A DNA stretch of 64,000 nt, from IMG/VR virus record IMGVR_UViG_3300015615_000196, positions 128,001 to 192,000 of that record; one strand, written 5' to 3'. The stretch comes from a virus. Lineage: Duplodnaviria > Caudoviricetes. The notes beneath the pieces are model-generated. The model was not told the DNA's origin and ran no database searches. It saw only the letters and a program-made list of their open reading frames with translations. Position 1 is the first letter of the stretch, and each line of letters opens with the position of its first letter. Positions 37,102-48,080 of the stretch are shown one piece after another. The translations under genes and the position numbers were made by a program.

Positions 37102-40020
37102 ATGGCAAACATCCGTACAAATTCAGAATATGATCAAATTCGTAACGCTTTAACAGCAAGAAACCTGTTTACGCCCACGAATCCGTATCAAATCGACAGT
37201 CCAAGACTTGTTACTGCAATCAATAGCATTGCAGGTTTGATACCGGGAAAGTCATTTGACATCACGAACACGGTCATCGGGAGACTTGCGGGGCCAAATA
37301 CACCAATTGCACAGATTGGTCTTCAACAGTACAGTAAGCACTTGGCGCAGAGCGTTACAAGCTATGCAATCTCTGATGCACTTCCTGCTGTAAATTTAAG
37401 AAATCTTTTCGATGGTGATCCGACAACGAGATTGCTTACCAAGAAAGAAGACTATCGAATCACAAGAGACGAAACGAAGACATCGATTGGTAGAATCATT
37501 GAAGACATCACCAATCAAAGTCCGAAGTTATCGAACAGTGTTTTCACTGGCGTAGGTAACTTAGCACCGTTTGATAAAACCCCGAATCAGTTTGATTACA
37601 TTCGAAACACAGGTAAGGGACAATTGAATCAATACTATGGTTCAATCGGCAAGAATTTATACATTCAGACGAGCGAAGATTTTATTGCTGTTGCTTCTGA
37701 TCAGGGTTATAAAATCAACAAGGTTACAAAGACATTGTTGAACAAGACATTCTTCCCTACTAATGATCCAGATAATTTTCCGTTCGGTCAAGATGCGAGT
37801 GATGACGTGCGTTCTGAAATCGTATTGTTCAGAGAAACAAGTCCTGAGCAAAGAATTTCTGAATACGGTAGCAATGCAACGACTACGGCAATGGGTAAGG
37901 CCAAGAAGACGCAGTTGCCGAACAAAGCACAGAACTTACCTAATCAGGAACGCGATGATGATTTTGAATTCGAGACAACTGGTTTCGGATTTGTTGAAGA
38001 CACGAGCAACCAAATTATTTGGGGTCGTGATGAAGATTTTGCAAACAAGTACGGTGTACGTGCCGGAGCATTGCTTTACACCAAAGGTTTATTGCAAGCA
38101 AGAGGTGCAAGAGCGTATTTTGATCAAACCAAAAAGAAATATACTGCCCGTGATGGTAGTTTGATGTACAATGGTTCTCCGTTGACCAGAGAAATCGATG
38201 GAACGGTTAATCGTAGCAGACAGCATACAGTGCTTGATCCGTACAACAACTATGCGAAGGCAATTCGATTCACGGGTAACAGCGTTTACAACGCACCGTC
38301 TGAATCAGTAATCAATAAGACAGTAATTCCAAAATTCCATCCGATAGTTAAGTCGAACAAGGAAGTTGACAATACAAACATGATGTTCTCGATTGAGAAC
38401 TTGGCGTATGTGTTGAATGACAAAGGTTATCTCGGTGATCACAAGGGTACAAAAGTACCGATTAGTGAAGTCGGCCCAAGCAAAGGACGTTTGATGTGGT
38501 TTGCACCTTACAATGTTGAGGTGAATGAAACTGCAATGGCAAAATATGAAACAACACAGTTCATTGGACGAAGCGAACCGTTGTATACGTATCAATCATC
38601 GGAAAGAACAGCAAGACTTTCTTTCAAGTTGATTGTTGACTACCCGCCACAAGTTGACGGACAGTCGCATGGTGACATTTCAAAGTTCTTTGCATTCGGT
38701 GGTAAGTTCAACGCAAGTGATTTGAATAACGTTGACATTGACAAAGAACAAGCTAAGTTGAAAGACTTAGAAGCACAGCACGATGCAATCAAGGAAACAG
38801 AAACGTTGACACCGCCTCAAGATTTGAAAGTTGGTGATCCAGTTAAATTCTATTTCCACAATGACGGTCGTGATGTAAAGTTTGATGTTGACAATGGATA
38901 CGAGAATGGAAATCCTTCATCGAGTGGGGATAGTACCAACTATGGATTGAACCAACCTTTCCTTAATGACGTAAACACTCTTATCACGCAAATCTTAAAT
39001 CCAACAACCGCGAAATACTATTCATTAAGTTTTCTTGGTAGTGCAAGTAGATTGTATTACGATAAAACATTGCAAGCTGGTTACAACAAGCAATTAGGTT
39101 TGGATCGTGCAAAGAGTCTTCAACAATACATCGAAAAAATATTTGCAACTGCCAACAACGGATTGACTTTCGCAAAGGCAGGAGTAAAAGTAGCAATCAA
39201 CACGATTGGTTCTGACACAGGATCAACGGCAGGTGCACTCACAGCAAACATTTCAAAGAAACCAGTAAAGGAAGAAAGATATGCTGTGGTACGTGTTTCT
39301 GCAAGTGGTGTTCAAGAGAAGAAGACAATTCCGCTCACACCAAGTCAAGTAGCACAGAAGGCAGTTCTTGAAGATCAGATCAACAAAACAAAGGAACTTA
39401 TCAATCAAGCATCGAAAGTTCAGAGTGACGAAAGATTTTTCAATCCGATTAAGAGAAGCGATAGAGCATTGAGAGGTTTTGAGGCAATGAAAAAAATCAT
39501 CTTCTCACCTGCCTTTCACTCACAGACACCGGAAGACTTCCATAGACGATTAACGTTCTTACATCAGTGTACAAGACAAGGTAACTCTGTCATCAACACG
39601 TCAACTACACAGTCAGGAATTGCTGCACCAATAAATTCAGTATTTGGTCGTCCACCAATTTGTATCTTGAGACTTGGTGATATGTTTCACAGTAAAGTGG
39701 TAATTGAAACAGTCGATTTCGATTTCTCGGAATCAGTATGGGATGTGAATCCAGAAGGTATGGGTATGCAGTTTATGATTGCAGACGTTACGCTTTCAAT
39801 GAAGATCATTGGTGGTCAGTCGTTGAAGAGTGCAATTGATGTCATCCAGAACGCAGAGAGTTTCAACTACTATGCAAATTCAACTTACTTCGTCAACGAT
39901 GTTTATCGTTATGCACGTAAAGTGGAAGAAGCACAGACCCAAGCAAATGAAACATTGTTGAATGCAAAACAGAAGGCACGTTTCGGAAATAACACGAATG
40001 GAAGCGGAGACAACATTTAA
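37102..40020 (+). CDS. Large baseplate/tube-initiator-like protein with an internal OmpA-like domain
   Basis: FIGRSEPLYTY, RPPICILRLGD, WDVNPEG; GSAS...YNKQLGLDRAKSL; late motif 37088-37095 places the start at 37102. Confidence 0.7.
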   Translation: MANIRTNSEYDQIRNALTARNLFTPTNPYQIDSPRLVTAINSIAGLIPGKSFDITNTVIGRLAGPNTPIAQIGLQQYSKHLAQSVTSYAISDALPAVNLRNLFDGDPTTRLLTKKEDYRITRDETKTSIGRIIEDITNQSPKLSNSVFTGVGNLAPFDKTPNQFDYIRNTGKGQLNQYYGSIGKNLYIQTSEDFIAVASDQGYKINKVTKTLLNKTFFPTNDPDNFPFGQDASDDVRSEIVLFRETSPEQRISEYGSNATTTAMGKAKKTQLPNKAQNLPNQERDDDFEFETTGFGFVEDTSNQIIWGRDEDFANKYGVRAGALLYTKGLLQARGARAYFDQTKKKYTARDGSLMYNGSPLTREIDGTVNRSRQHTVLDPYNNYAKAIRFTGNSVYNAPSESVINKTVIPKFHPIVKSNKEVDNTNMMFSIENLAYVLNDKGYLGDHKGTKVPISEVGPSKGRLMWFAPYNVEVNETAMAKYETTQFIGRSEPLYTYQSSERTARLSFKLIVDYPPQVDGQSHGDISKFFAFGGKFNASDLNNVDIDKEQAKLKDLEAQHDAIKETETLTPPQDLKVGDPVKFYFHNDGRDVKFDVDNGYENGNPSSSGDSTNYGLNQPFLNDVNTLITQILNPTTAKYYSLSFLGSASRLYYDKTLQAGYNKQLGLDRAKSLQQYIEKIFATANNGLTFAKAGVKVAINTIGSDTGSTAGALTANISKKPVKEERYAVVRVSASGVQEKKTIPLTPSQVAQKAVLEDQINKTKELINQASKVQSDERFFNPIKRSDRALRGFEAMKKIIFSPAFHSQTPEDFHRRLTFLHQCTRQGNSVINTSTTQSGIAAPINSVFGRPPICILRLGDMFHSKVVIETVDFDFSESVWDVNPEGMGMQFMIADVTLSMKIIGGQSLKSAIDVIQNAESFNYYANSTYFVNDVYRYARKVEEAQTQANETLLNAKQKARFGNNTNGSGDNI

Positions 40021-40022
40021 GT

Positions 40023-40337
40023 ATGGCACGTAAAGACTACGATAGATACGAAATCATGAAAAACACCGATGGAACCATTGATTGGTTGCCATTCGTGCCG
40101 ATTTCAAAGAATGATTCTGACTTGAGCGAATTATGGGTTCAAGGTAGAAGCCGATTGGACAAATTGGCATTAAAATACTACAATAACCCATTTTATGATT
40201 TCTTGATCCTTTATGCCAACCCTCAGTATATCGATCAGTTTGACATCCCGGACGGTACGTTGATTCGTATACCTTTTCCACTCAACAGAGTAAAACTCGA
40301 ATACGAAACATTTTTGAGAACGTACAAGGAAAGTTAA
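40023..40337 (+). CDS. Baseplate wedge/LysM-like protein (gp53/tail X-like)
   Basis: SRLDKLALKYYNNP...ILYANP...IPDGTLIRIP. Confidence 0.8.
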   Translation: MARKDYDRYEIMKNTDGTIDWLPFVPISKNDSDLSELWVQGRSRLDKLALKYYNNPFYDFLILYANPQYIDQFDIPDGTLIRIPFPLNRVKLEYETFLRTYKES

Positions 40338-40362
40338 TCTTTTTTTGTTATGTTTGCTCACT

Positions 40363-41073
40363 ATGAAAAAACTGTCCGTAGTATTCAGTAGTCACCACTC
40401 TGACGAAGACAATCAAAAATTTATAGATCATCTGAAAACCACTGTTGGTACGGGGGTTGACTTTCATGTTGAATGCGTGAAGAACATGAATGAGTTCTCG
40501 TTGACGCAAGCCTACAACATTGGATGGAAACGCTTGGATGATTTGGATAGAGGAAAAGACATCATTGTTTTTTGTCACAACGACATTACGATTTTAACGA
40601 AGGGTTGGGGAAAGAAATTGTTGTTCTTTTTTAGCAATTTTTCAGACTACGATATTCTCGGAATTGCTGGAACTACGGAATTGAATGAACATGGGTGCTG
40701 GTGGTTGGGTAAAGATCAAAAGATGAATGCAACCAAGATGTTCGGCAGGGTGTGGCACACAAATGGAATCAGAAATTGGGAGAGTGTTTACTCTCCAAGT
40801 ATCTCAGGAGTAAAGGAAGCGGTGATTGTTGACGGTTTATTTATTGCAGTCAATGGTGAAACGGTCTTGAAACGCTTCAATGAGACGTTCACAAACTTCC
40901 ACTTTTACGACATCACCTTTTGTTTCGACAATTATTTGGAAGGATGTAATATCGGGGTCATTGATAAAATATCGGTACTCCATCAGTCAGTTGGACAAAC
41001 CAACGATAAGTGGGAAGCCAACAGACAGCAATTCGCGGAGACATACCGTGAAGAATTACCAGTATCAATATGA
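40363..41073 (+). CDS. Glycosyltransferase-like (GT-A)
   Basis: SLTQAYN, VFCHNDI, VDGLFIA, FHFYD; host-type promoter TATGTTTG at 40349-40356. Confidence 0.8.
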   Translation: MKKLSVVFSSHHSDEDNQKFIDHLKTTVGTGVDFHVECVKNMNEFSLTQAYNIGWKRLDDLDRGKDIIVFCHNDITILTKGWGKKLLFFFSNFSDYDILGIAGTTELNEHGCWWLGKDQKMNATKMFGRVWHTNGIRNWESVYSPSISGVKEAVIVDGLFIAVNGETVLKRFNETFTNFHFYDITFCFDNYLEGCNIGVIDKISVLHQSVGQTNDKWEANRQQFAETYREELPVSI

Positions 41074-41279
41074 TGTTAGAATTTCAAAATCCAATACCAG
41101 TCATCGTTGAAGGCAACAAAGAAGGTTATGCAATATACGTGACGAACGGTGGTGCTTTTGAAAATGATTTTTGGTGTGTGACTCTTTGTGATGGCGGTAT
41201 GGTTAGACATTACCGTAGTGATCAGATCAAGATTCACCATAACGCGACTTTAGATTTAAAAAAACATGATAACAGTTGA
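41070..41279 (+). CDS. Small hypothetical protein
   Basis: 69 aa, coupled to its neighbours. Confidence 0.6.
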   Translation: MMLEFQNPIPVIVEGNKEGYAIYVTNGGAFENDFWCVTLCDGGMVRHYRSDQIKIHHNATLDLKKHDNS

Positions 41280-41925
41280 TAAACTACACGAAGACTTTGA
41301 CGATACATTGCCGATCTCTGTGATCGTACCAATGAGCGAGAAGCGCAAGCACTTCTTCTACAACTTTGTGTACCCCCTGTTGGAAGCCAACAGACCAGCC
41401 GAAATTATCGTCAACAGTAACTTTGGTGGAGCACCGAAGAAAAGAAATGATGGGTTCGACAAATCAACCCAACCCTACGTATTTTTCTGCGATGATGACA
41501 TCTTGCTTGCAGCAGACTACTTCAAGAAATTGTATGATCTGTTACAGAAGAATCCGAACAAAGCATACGCTTACACCGGGTACTACGGGATTGTGATGCA
41601 TCCAGAAACGCATCCGTTGAAGAATAATTTTCAGATACCATCAATACCTTTCAATGCTGAAAGATTGAGACAAGGAAATTTTATTTCAACAATGTCTCTT
41701 GTTCGTAGAGAGGCTTTTCCGCGATTTGATGAATCTCTCAAGAGACTTCAAGATTGGGACTTATGGTTAACAATGCTTGAAAATGGACATGAAGGAGTTC
41801 TTTTGGAAGGTAAAGAGAATATGTATCATGCATATTACCTTGATGAAGGAATTACTTCCAACAGCAACAATGAACAAGCAGGACTCATGGCTGTTGTGAC
41901 TAAACATAATTTATTAGGCCGTTGA
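41266..41925 (+). CDS. Glycosyltransferase family 2
   Basis: ISVIVP, RNDG, FFCDDD, FDESLKRLQDWDLW. Confidence 0.9.
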   Translation: MITVDKLHEDFDDTLPISVIVPMSEKRKHFFYNFVYPLLEANRPAEIIVNSNFGGAPKKRNDGFDKSTQPYVFFCDDDILLAADYFKKLYDLLQKNPNKAYAYTGYYGIVMHPETHPLKNNFQIPSIPFNAERLRQGNFISTMSLVRREAFPRFDESLKRLQDWDLWLTMLENGHEGVLLEGKENMYHAYYLDEGITSNSNNEQAGLMAVVTKHNLLGR

Positions 41926-42920
41926 AAGTAATAAAGCCAAAACTGAACATAAAGAAAGTCATTAAGGCTAAGTTAGAATTAGCACAGAAACCGAACCAAA
42001 CAAAACCAATTCTCAATAAAAAAGCAGAGAAGAAAGTTACGGTAGAAAGGTATAAATCGGTTTACAATCAATTCACTAAGTCGAAAAAAGACTATAACGA
42101 ATACACACCAAGTGATCGTCTTGTGTTGATTGAAAATTATCGAGCACTTTATGAGTCGATAAAGAAACCCGGACAAAAGAGATTGATGGATGTTGATTAC
42201 GATGTGATCGTATGTATCTCGTCATATAATCGCTTTGAAAAAATCGATAAATTACTCTCGATGTTCTATGAGCAGAAATCGAAATATTCATTTAAAATTA
42301 TTTTAATGAATGATGGCTCTGATGATGTACGATATGAGACGTTAAAGAAAAAATATCCGTTGCTGGACTACCAGAAGAACGCCAAAAATAATGGAAGAAG
42401 GTTATACTGGTATACTGTAACTCAATTATGGCAACGAGCAAAAATAAACACATCAAATACACTGTTAATGATTGATGATGATTTTCTTCTTTGTTCTGGC
42501 TTTCTTGATACGATTTGTGATTTTTATTTTTGGATAAAGGAAGAGAATGATAATGTGGCAGGTATTGCGCCACATCTACATTCGTATTTGATGGGAGTGG
42601 AATTCATGTCTTGGTGGTATAACGCACATTCTGTTGATGGAATATGTTTGTTTGATAGAAAATTCATTGAATCCTTTGACCACAAACTTGAACCAGTAAG
42701 TGAAGCAGAATTACATGCAGTAGCACATGCACATGGCTGGTCGCAATTGCAAAATAAAATTTTACGTGAAAATAGAATGGCATACAAAACGAGATATAGC
42801 CTTGTATACCATGATGGGAACGATGAATCAAAAATGGGTGCATCAAATGCCAGAAAAACAAAAGCTTTCACGTATTACTTCAAAAAAGACGGAGTAAATT
42901 TCAAAGATTTGAAAGTATGA
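41922..42920 (+). CDS. Glycosyltransferase family 2-like
   Basis: ISSYNR, MNDGSDD, MIDDDF. Confidence 0.8.
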   Translation: MKVIKPKLNIKKVIKAKLELAQKPNQTKPILNKKAEKKVTVERYKSVYNQFTKSKKDYNEYTPSDRLVLIENYRALYESIKKPGQKRLMDVDYDVIVCISSYNRFEKIDKLLSMFYEQKSKYSFKIILMNDGSDDVRYETLKKKYPLLDYQKNAKNNGRRLYWYTVTQLWQRAKINTSNTLLMIDDDFLLCSGFLDTICDFYFWIKEENDNVAGIAPHLHSYLMGVEFMSWWYNAHSVDGICLFDRKFIESFDHKLEPVSEAELHAVAHAHGWSQLQNKILRENRMAYKTRYSLVYHDGNDESKMGASNARKTKAFTYYFKKDGVNFKDLKV

Positions 42921-43573
42921 AAATAGTTTTCGCACATAACGTATATACACGATTTCAAACTCTTTATGAAAATATTCAGATGGAGAAGAAATTGTTTCCA
43001 GATTCGCAATCTGTTATTGGATATAACGTTGATAGTCCAGCAAATGCATTAAAGGAATTTCCAAATGTTGAGTGTTTTAAGTTTCACGGTACTGCACATA
43101 AAATTGGGTGCACAAATGGATGTATTACAACAATACAAGCAGCATTAAAATATGAGCCTGATGTGATAATTTTCTCGCATGACGATGTGAGAATCAATCC
43201 AAGTTTTAAAAATGTTGTGCTCTCAAATATTGAAAAAATTACCAGTGGTAAATTTGATGCTATTTGTCGGAAACCACTTCCTGCTGATGTATATGGTGAA
43301 GAATATTATATGATGGAAGTTTTCTTTTTGTCTAAAAGGGCAGCAGTTGTTGCTTTCAAAGATAGACCAACATTTGTCACAGAAGTAACGATTCCGAAAG
43401 ATGTCAGAGGATCAATTTCACCAGAGGTGTTTTTATATCAAGCATTACAGGGTAAAGGATTAAAAATAGAAGAATCGGGGTACATTCACACGATTCAAAA
43501 TTACAATGAAACACTTTCTACTTTATTTGGATTTGTGCATAAAAATGCAGGACAAAGAGGTTGGGAAGATTAA
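42917..43573 (+). CDS. Putative glycosyltransferase
   Basis: IIFSHDDV (DxD-like); within the GT cluster. Confidence 0.55.
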   Translation: MKIVFAHNVYTRFQTLYENIQMEKKLFPDSQSVIGYNVDSPANALKEFPNVECFKFHGTAHKIGCTNGCITTIQAALKYEPDVIIFSHDDVRINPSFKNVVLSNIEKITSGKFDAICRKPLPADVYGEEYYMMEVFFLSKRAAVVAFKDRPTFVTEVTIPKDVRGSISPEVFLYQALQGKGLKIEESGYIHTIQNYNETLSTLFGFVHKNAGQRGWED

Positions 43574-43584
43574 ACACTTAAACT

Positions 43585-44223
43585 ATGGAACAAGAACAAA
43601 TCAAATTCATCGAAGCATATGGGAAATTTTTCTCAGATCAATTTAATGCAACAAATGAAGACCTGTTGAGTCTTATAGAAGCATCGAACTACAAAGGATT
43701 TCCTCAAGAACCCGGTGGTAGTGTTTGGACAAGTGAAGGTCAGTCAATATACGTTCTGATACGCTTGTTGAAGCCAAAAAGAATTTTGGAAATTGGAAAT
43801 TTTTTGGGACGTAGTTCTAATTTTATTTTGAAGGCCGTTCAAGACAATGGATTGGGTGATGTTACACTTCTTGATATTGAAGAACGTATTCAATATGATA
43901 AACTACATCCGGGAGTAAAGTATGAACGTGTTCTTGAAGATTCATTGAAATACGTTGCTCGACCAATGAATTTTGATTTATATGTAGTAGACGGATGTCA
44001 TGAATATTTGCATGTAAAAAAAGAAATGGAGTTGATCATAAAGAACACATCAAATCCATTTTGGGTTTGGTCACACGATTATTTTACTGTACGTCCACCA
44101 CAATGTGAAGTAGGTAGAGCACTTGATGAAGTTGTTGCTGCAAACAAAGACAAAGTAAAACTTTTTGCACCAATGATTGATAGTGGTAGTAATTGTGGAC
44201 TTGTAATTGCCAGATACGAATAA
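43585..44223 (+). CDS. Class I SAM-dependent methyltransferase
   Basis: ILEIGNFLGRS, VVDGCHEY, HDY. Confidence 0.85.
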   Translation: MEQEQIKFIEAYGKFFSDQFNATNEDLLSLIEASNYKGFPQEPGGSVWTSEGQSIYVLIRLLKPKRILEIGNFLGRSSNFILKAVQDNGLGDVTLLDIEERIQYDKLHPGVKYERVLEDSLKYVARPMNFDLYVVDGCHEYLHVKKEMELIIKNTSNPFWVWSHDYFTVRPPQCEVGRALDEVVAANKDKVKLFAPMIDSGSNCGLVIARYE

Positions 44224-44224
44224 T

Positions 44225-44962
44225 ATGAAAGACATCACAGTCATTTTAAACGTCTATAATAGAGGCTACACGCTTGAGCAACAGCTTGCAGCAGTAAAAG
44301 CACAGACGTACAGGATTCAAGACGAGAATATTTGGATTTGGTACAACAAAGGCACAAATCCACAAGCAATGCCACAGAATCCGAAGCACAGGACTTTTGT
44401 GTGTAATCAAAATACAAAATTTCACGGACGATTTGCAGCAGCATTGCTTGCAAAAACAGAATATGTTGCGTTGCTTGATGATGACATTATTCCCGGCACT
44501 CGTTGGTTCGAAAATTGTGTTGATTCAATTGAGAAATGCAATGGAATTTTGGGTGGTAGCGGAGTAACGATCAAAGCGAAGGGTTATCAGCAGCATGTAA
44601 AGCACGGATGGAATGGAAATATTAAACCGCTTCAAATTACTCGTGTGGATTTGGTGGGTCATGCGTGGTTTATGAAAACAGAATGGTTGAAATACATGTG
44701 GTATGAAAAACCATTCTCATGGGACAACGGGGAAGACATTATGTTCTCGTATTTATGTCAGAAGTACGGAGGGATCAACACATTTGTACCGCCTCACCCC
44801 CATAACGATCTGACTCTATGGAGCAATGTGGACGGAAATCGGTATGGAAGCGATAAAAACGCTTCTTTCATAAACAATCCGAATCACTACGCTGAAAGGG
44901 ATTTTGTTTGTGCCAAGTGCATTGATAACGGCTGGAAAACCGTACTCAATGTACCAAAATGA
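44225..44962 (+). CDS. Glycosyltransferase family 2-like
   Basis: ITVILNVYNR, LLDDDIIPG, GEDI. Confidence 0.8.
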   Translation: MKDITVILNVYNRGYTLEQQLAAVKAQTYRIQDENIWIWYNKGTNPQAMPQNPKHRTFVCNQNTKFHGRFAAALLAKTEYVALLDDDIIPGTRWFENCVDSIEKCNGILGGSGVTIKAKGYQQHVKHGWNGNIKPLQITRVDLVGHAWFMKTEWLKYMWYEKPFSWDNGEDIMFSYLCQKYGGINTFVPPHPHNDLTLWSNVDGNRYGSDKNASFINNPNHYAERDFVCAKCIDNGWKTVLNVPK

Positions 44963-45159
44963 AGAAATTTTTAGTAGTTTTGTTGTTGCTCACTTCATGT
45001 GCGTCACAACACAAAGGTCACTACACGAATAAAGAAGGTAGAACCAAGCAAAAGTATTACGATGCGATTCAGTATGGTGACAAAGGTTCAGTTTCGAGCA
45101 GTGGCAAGAAAATGGACAAGGTCATGAAGAAGAAAAGAGAAAAAACAAAGAGGAAATGA
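44959..45159 (+). CDS. Small basic lipoprotein
   Basis: MKKFLVVLLLLTSC lipobox. Confidence 0.65.
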   Translation: MKKFLVVLLLLTSCASQHKGHYTNKEGRTKQKYYDAIQYGDKGSVSSSGKKMDKVMKKKREKTKRK

Positions 45160-45884
45160 AAACGTTCAAGGGTGATTTCGATATGTTCGTCAACAAAGTG
45201 AAAAATGGTGAGCATTTTTCATTGTCTCGTTGGGGCGATGGCGAATTAATGATCCTTGAAAACAAAACGCTGGACTTGACCAGCAAAGGGGACGGTGAAT
45301 TTAAGCACGATCCGAATAGTCCACTACACGCTAAGATGCGTCAGGTGTTACTCAACTCCTACAAACACAAAGACAAAAATTACTACATCGGTGTTGCTTG
45401 TCAATGCTGTGTAGGAAAGGAAAAGTTTGAATACATGAAAAAGTTGTCTGAGCAACCAGAAGAGAACTTGACATGGGCGAACATATTTGTCAATTCAAAC
45501 TATCCTTTTTTCATATCAGAATTTCTTCCCGTTCTAAAGGACAAGAAAATTATTCTCGTAGCAAATAAGAACGGAGCAGGAAATGTAAATGACCTTCCGT
45601 TTAAACCAGCAACCTATTATTCCATTGGAACGGATGCTTGGACTGCCAATTATCCATTGTCGCAACATCTTCAACAGGAAATCGGAGAGTTCAACATCAG
45701 AGATCACGTATTTCTTTTTGCTGCTGGCCCATTTGCAAATGTTCTCACGTATGAACTTTGGAAGTACAATAAAAACAATACGTACATCGACATCGGTTCA
45801 ACTCTTGACAAATACTTGGGGTTAACCATTACCAGAGGCTACCTTCAAGGTGCTGCCACTCTTAAAAAAACCTGTATATGGTAA
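45156..45884 (+). CDS. GT-D fold (DUF1792-like) glycosyltransferase
   Basis: FSLSRWGDGE, AAGP, IDIGS. Confidence 0.7.
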   Translation: MKTFKGDFDMFVNKVKNGEHFSLSRWGDGELMILENKTLDLTSKGDGEFKHDPNSPLHAKMRQVLLNSYKHKDKNYYIGVACQCCVGKEKFEYMKKLSEQPEENLTWANIFVNSNYPFFISEFLPVLKDKKIILVANKNGAGNVNDLPFKPATYYSIGTDAWTANYPLSQHLQQEIGEFNIRDHVFLFAAGPFANVLTYELWKYNKNNTYIDIGSTLDKYLGLTITRGYLQGAATLKKTCIW

Positions 45885-46507
45885 TAACAAAATACAAAAA
45901 CGATGGATGGGGTCTCTCTGCAAAAGAGTTTGAATTGCTATATCAATTTTTGAAGTCCAATTCCAAACCACTAAATGTGGTGGAGTTTGGTTCTGGACGC
46001 TCTACTGAATTTTTGGTAGATGTAATGACAGAAACAGGAAACCAGTTAAACATTTATTCGTTCGATGATTCGAAGGAATACGCCTTCTCTGGAACACATC
46101 CAAATTTGAAACTTAATATTGTTCCTCTTGTTGAATGCAGCGACACTAACTTTGAATTGATGTTTAACGATAAGAAATATCAAGAGGGAAATTTTACACT
46201 AAAAACAACACCAGTGCATACTCGTCAGCGAAACACTTTCTATAAGATTGATGATGAAATGTTGCCAGAGAAAATTGATTTGATGATTTTAGACGGCCCT
46301 CACGGGAATGGACGAAGCATAGGTTTTTTAAGATGTGTAGATCGTCTGAAAGAAGGATCGGTTGTTTTGATTGATGATGCATCACACTATCCGTTTTTTG
46401 AAAATTTAAAAAGGCTCAAAAATGTTGAGATTCAGTATGAGCAACACAACAGAGATAATAAATGGTATGGTGGAGGTGATTTTGTGCTGTGTAAAATTTT
46501 AAAGTGA
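45878..46507 (+). CDS. Class I SAM-dependent methyltransferase
   Basis: VVEFGSGRST, ILDGP, LIDD. Confidence 0.8.
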   Translation: MVITKYKNDGWGLSAKEFELLYQFLKSNSKPLNVVEFGSGRSTEFLVDVMTETGNQLNIYSFDDSKEYAFSGTHPNLKLNIVPLVECSDTNFELMFNDKKYQEGNFTLKTTPVHTRQRNTFYKIDDEMLPEKIDLMILDGPHGNGRSIGFLRCVDRLKEGSVVLIDDASHYPFFENLKRLKNVEIQYEQHNRDNKWYGGGDFVLCKILK

Positions 46508-46509
46508 TT

Positions 46510-47121
46510 ATGTACAACCCGGAACAATATTGGAAATTAGAAAAAGGTAACGAGCAAGCATGGAAGAATGATGCTGATACCAATCAAAGCATAGTGAAAT
46601 CAATTGAGCGTGTAAAAACATTGATCATTCCTGAAATGAAGAAACGCCTCACGACAGTGGAAGGTGTGCTTGACGCAGGATGTGGGTCTGGTTATGCAAT
46701 CAACGCTTTTAAAGAAAGTGGTCTTTGGAACAAATGTTACGGTGTGGATTTCCAGCAACATCGTATTGACTACAGCAAGGCAAAGTATCCAGAGGGAATT
46801 GAGTTTTCGTGTGGAAATTTAAATACACTTCCCATCACTGACAAGTCACTTTCAACGATCTACACAGGAGCAGTGCTCATGCACATTCCAATAGAAAACA
46901 AGATCAAAGTTATTCAGGAGTTCAAGCGTGTCCTTTCCGACAACGGATTTTATTTCGGACATGAAATCGTAGAAGACATACATGAAATAAATGACACGGG
47001 TGCTCACGTCATAAATACCAATTTGAATTGGTTGCAAAAACAATTTGCACCGTTCAAAGTTGAGGTCTTGAAGTACCATTACGACACTTACGATTTTCAA
47101 ATCATTTACGCTCACAAATGA
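46510..47121 (+). CDS. Class I SAM-dependent methyltransferase
   Basis: VLDAGCGSG, VLMHI, EFKRVL. Confidence 0.88.
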   Translation: MYNPEQYWKLEKGNEQAWKNDADTNQSIVKSIERVKTLIIPEMKKRLTTVEGVLDAGCGSGYAINAFKESGLWNKCYGVDFQQHRIDYSKAKYPEGIEFSCGNLNTLPITDKSLSTIYTGAVLMHIPIENKIKVIQEFKRVLSDNGFYFGHEIVEDIHEINDTGAHVINTNLNWLQKQFAPFKVEVLKYHYDTYDFQIIYAHK

Positions 47122-48080
47122 AGATAGCATTTCATTGTAACCAACTTTCAATAAGAGGCACAGAGGTTGCGATGTATGATTACGCTCACTACAATGAAAA
47201 ATTGTTGGGAAATGAAAGTATCGTACTTGCGAGAAACCCTTCGTGGTGGAAGTATTCCGATCCAGAAGCAATAGAAAAATTCAAGAAAAGATTTCCTGTT
47301 TACTTCTATGACAAGATAGAAGACATAGAAAAAATTCTTGACGATAATAGAGTTGATCTTTTCTATGCACAGAAGTCAGGACACAATGACGGAGTGATTT
47401 CAAAGAACAGAAAGACTGTGGTACATGCTGTGTTTCAGGATTACGATCCGCATGGTGACGTGTACGCTTTCATTTCAGAATGGCTTTCAAAAATTTACAG
47501 CAATGTAAAACCATTTGTACCATACATGGTGGATTTGCCAGATCACGACAAGGATATGAGAGAAGAATTGGGGATACCAAAACACGCTTTGGTTTTTGGT
47601 CGTCACGGTGGAATTGAAACATTCGATATTCCTTGGGTCAAGACCCATATTGTTGAATTGGTGAATACTCGAAAGGATTTGTACTTCGTGTTTTTAAACA
47701 CACAAAAATTTGCAGATCATCCGCAGATAATCTTTCTTGATCCGATTGCTGATTTGATTAGAAAGACTGAATTTATAAACACCTGCAACGCAATGATTCA
47801 TGCACGGTTCAAGGGTGAAACATTTGGACTTGCAGTAGCGGAATTTTCGATTCGCAACAAACCAGTGATCACCTACGGTGCTTCACCGGACATGGCACAT
47901 GGAATGATTCTTGGTCTTGATGCTTTTTATTACAAGACTCTCACTGATTTGCAGTTGATATTTTATTGCTTTGAGGCACACATGAAAAACAATCCCGATA
48001 AGCAATGGAACAAATACAAAGATTTCTCACCAGAGAAAGTAATGGCAAAGTTTAAACAGGTTTTCATTGATGGGAAATAA
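47118..48080 (+). CDS. GT-B (family 4-like) glycosyltransferase
   Basis: RGTEVAMYDYA, GETFGLAVAEF...KPVI. Confidence 0.85.
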   Translation: MKIAFHCNQLSIRGTEVAMYDYAHYNEKLLGNESIVLARNPSWWKYSDPEAIEKFKKRFPVYFYDKIEDIEKILDDNRVDLFYAQKSGHNDGVISKNRKTVVHAVFQDYDPHGDVYAFISEWLSKIYSNVKPFVPYMVDLPDHDKDMREELGIPKHALVFGRHGGIETFDIPWVKTHIVELVNTRKDLYFVFLNTQKFADHPQIIFLDPIADLIRKTEFINTCNAMIHARFKGETFGLAVAEFSIRNKPVITYGASPDMAHGMILGLDAFYYKTLTDLQLIFYCFEAHMKNNPDKQWNKYKDFSPEKVMAKFKQVFIDGK

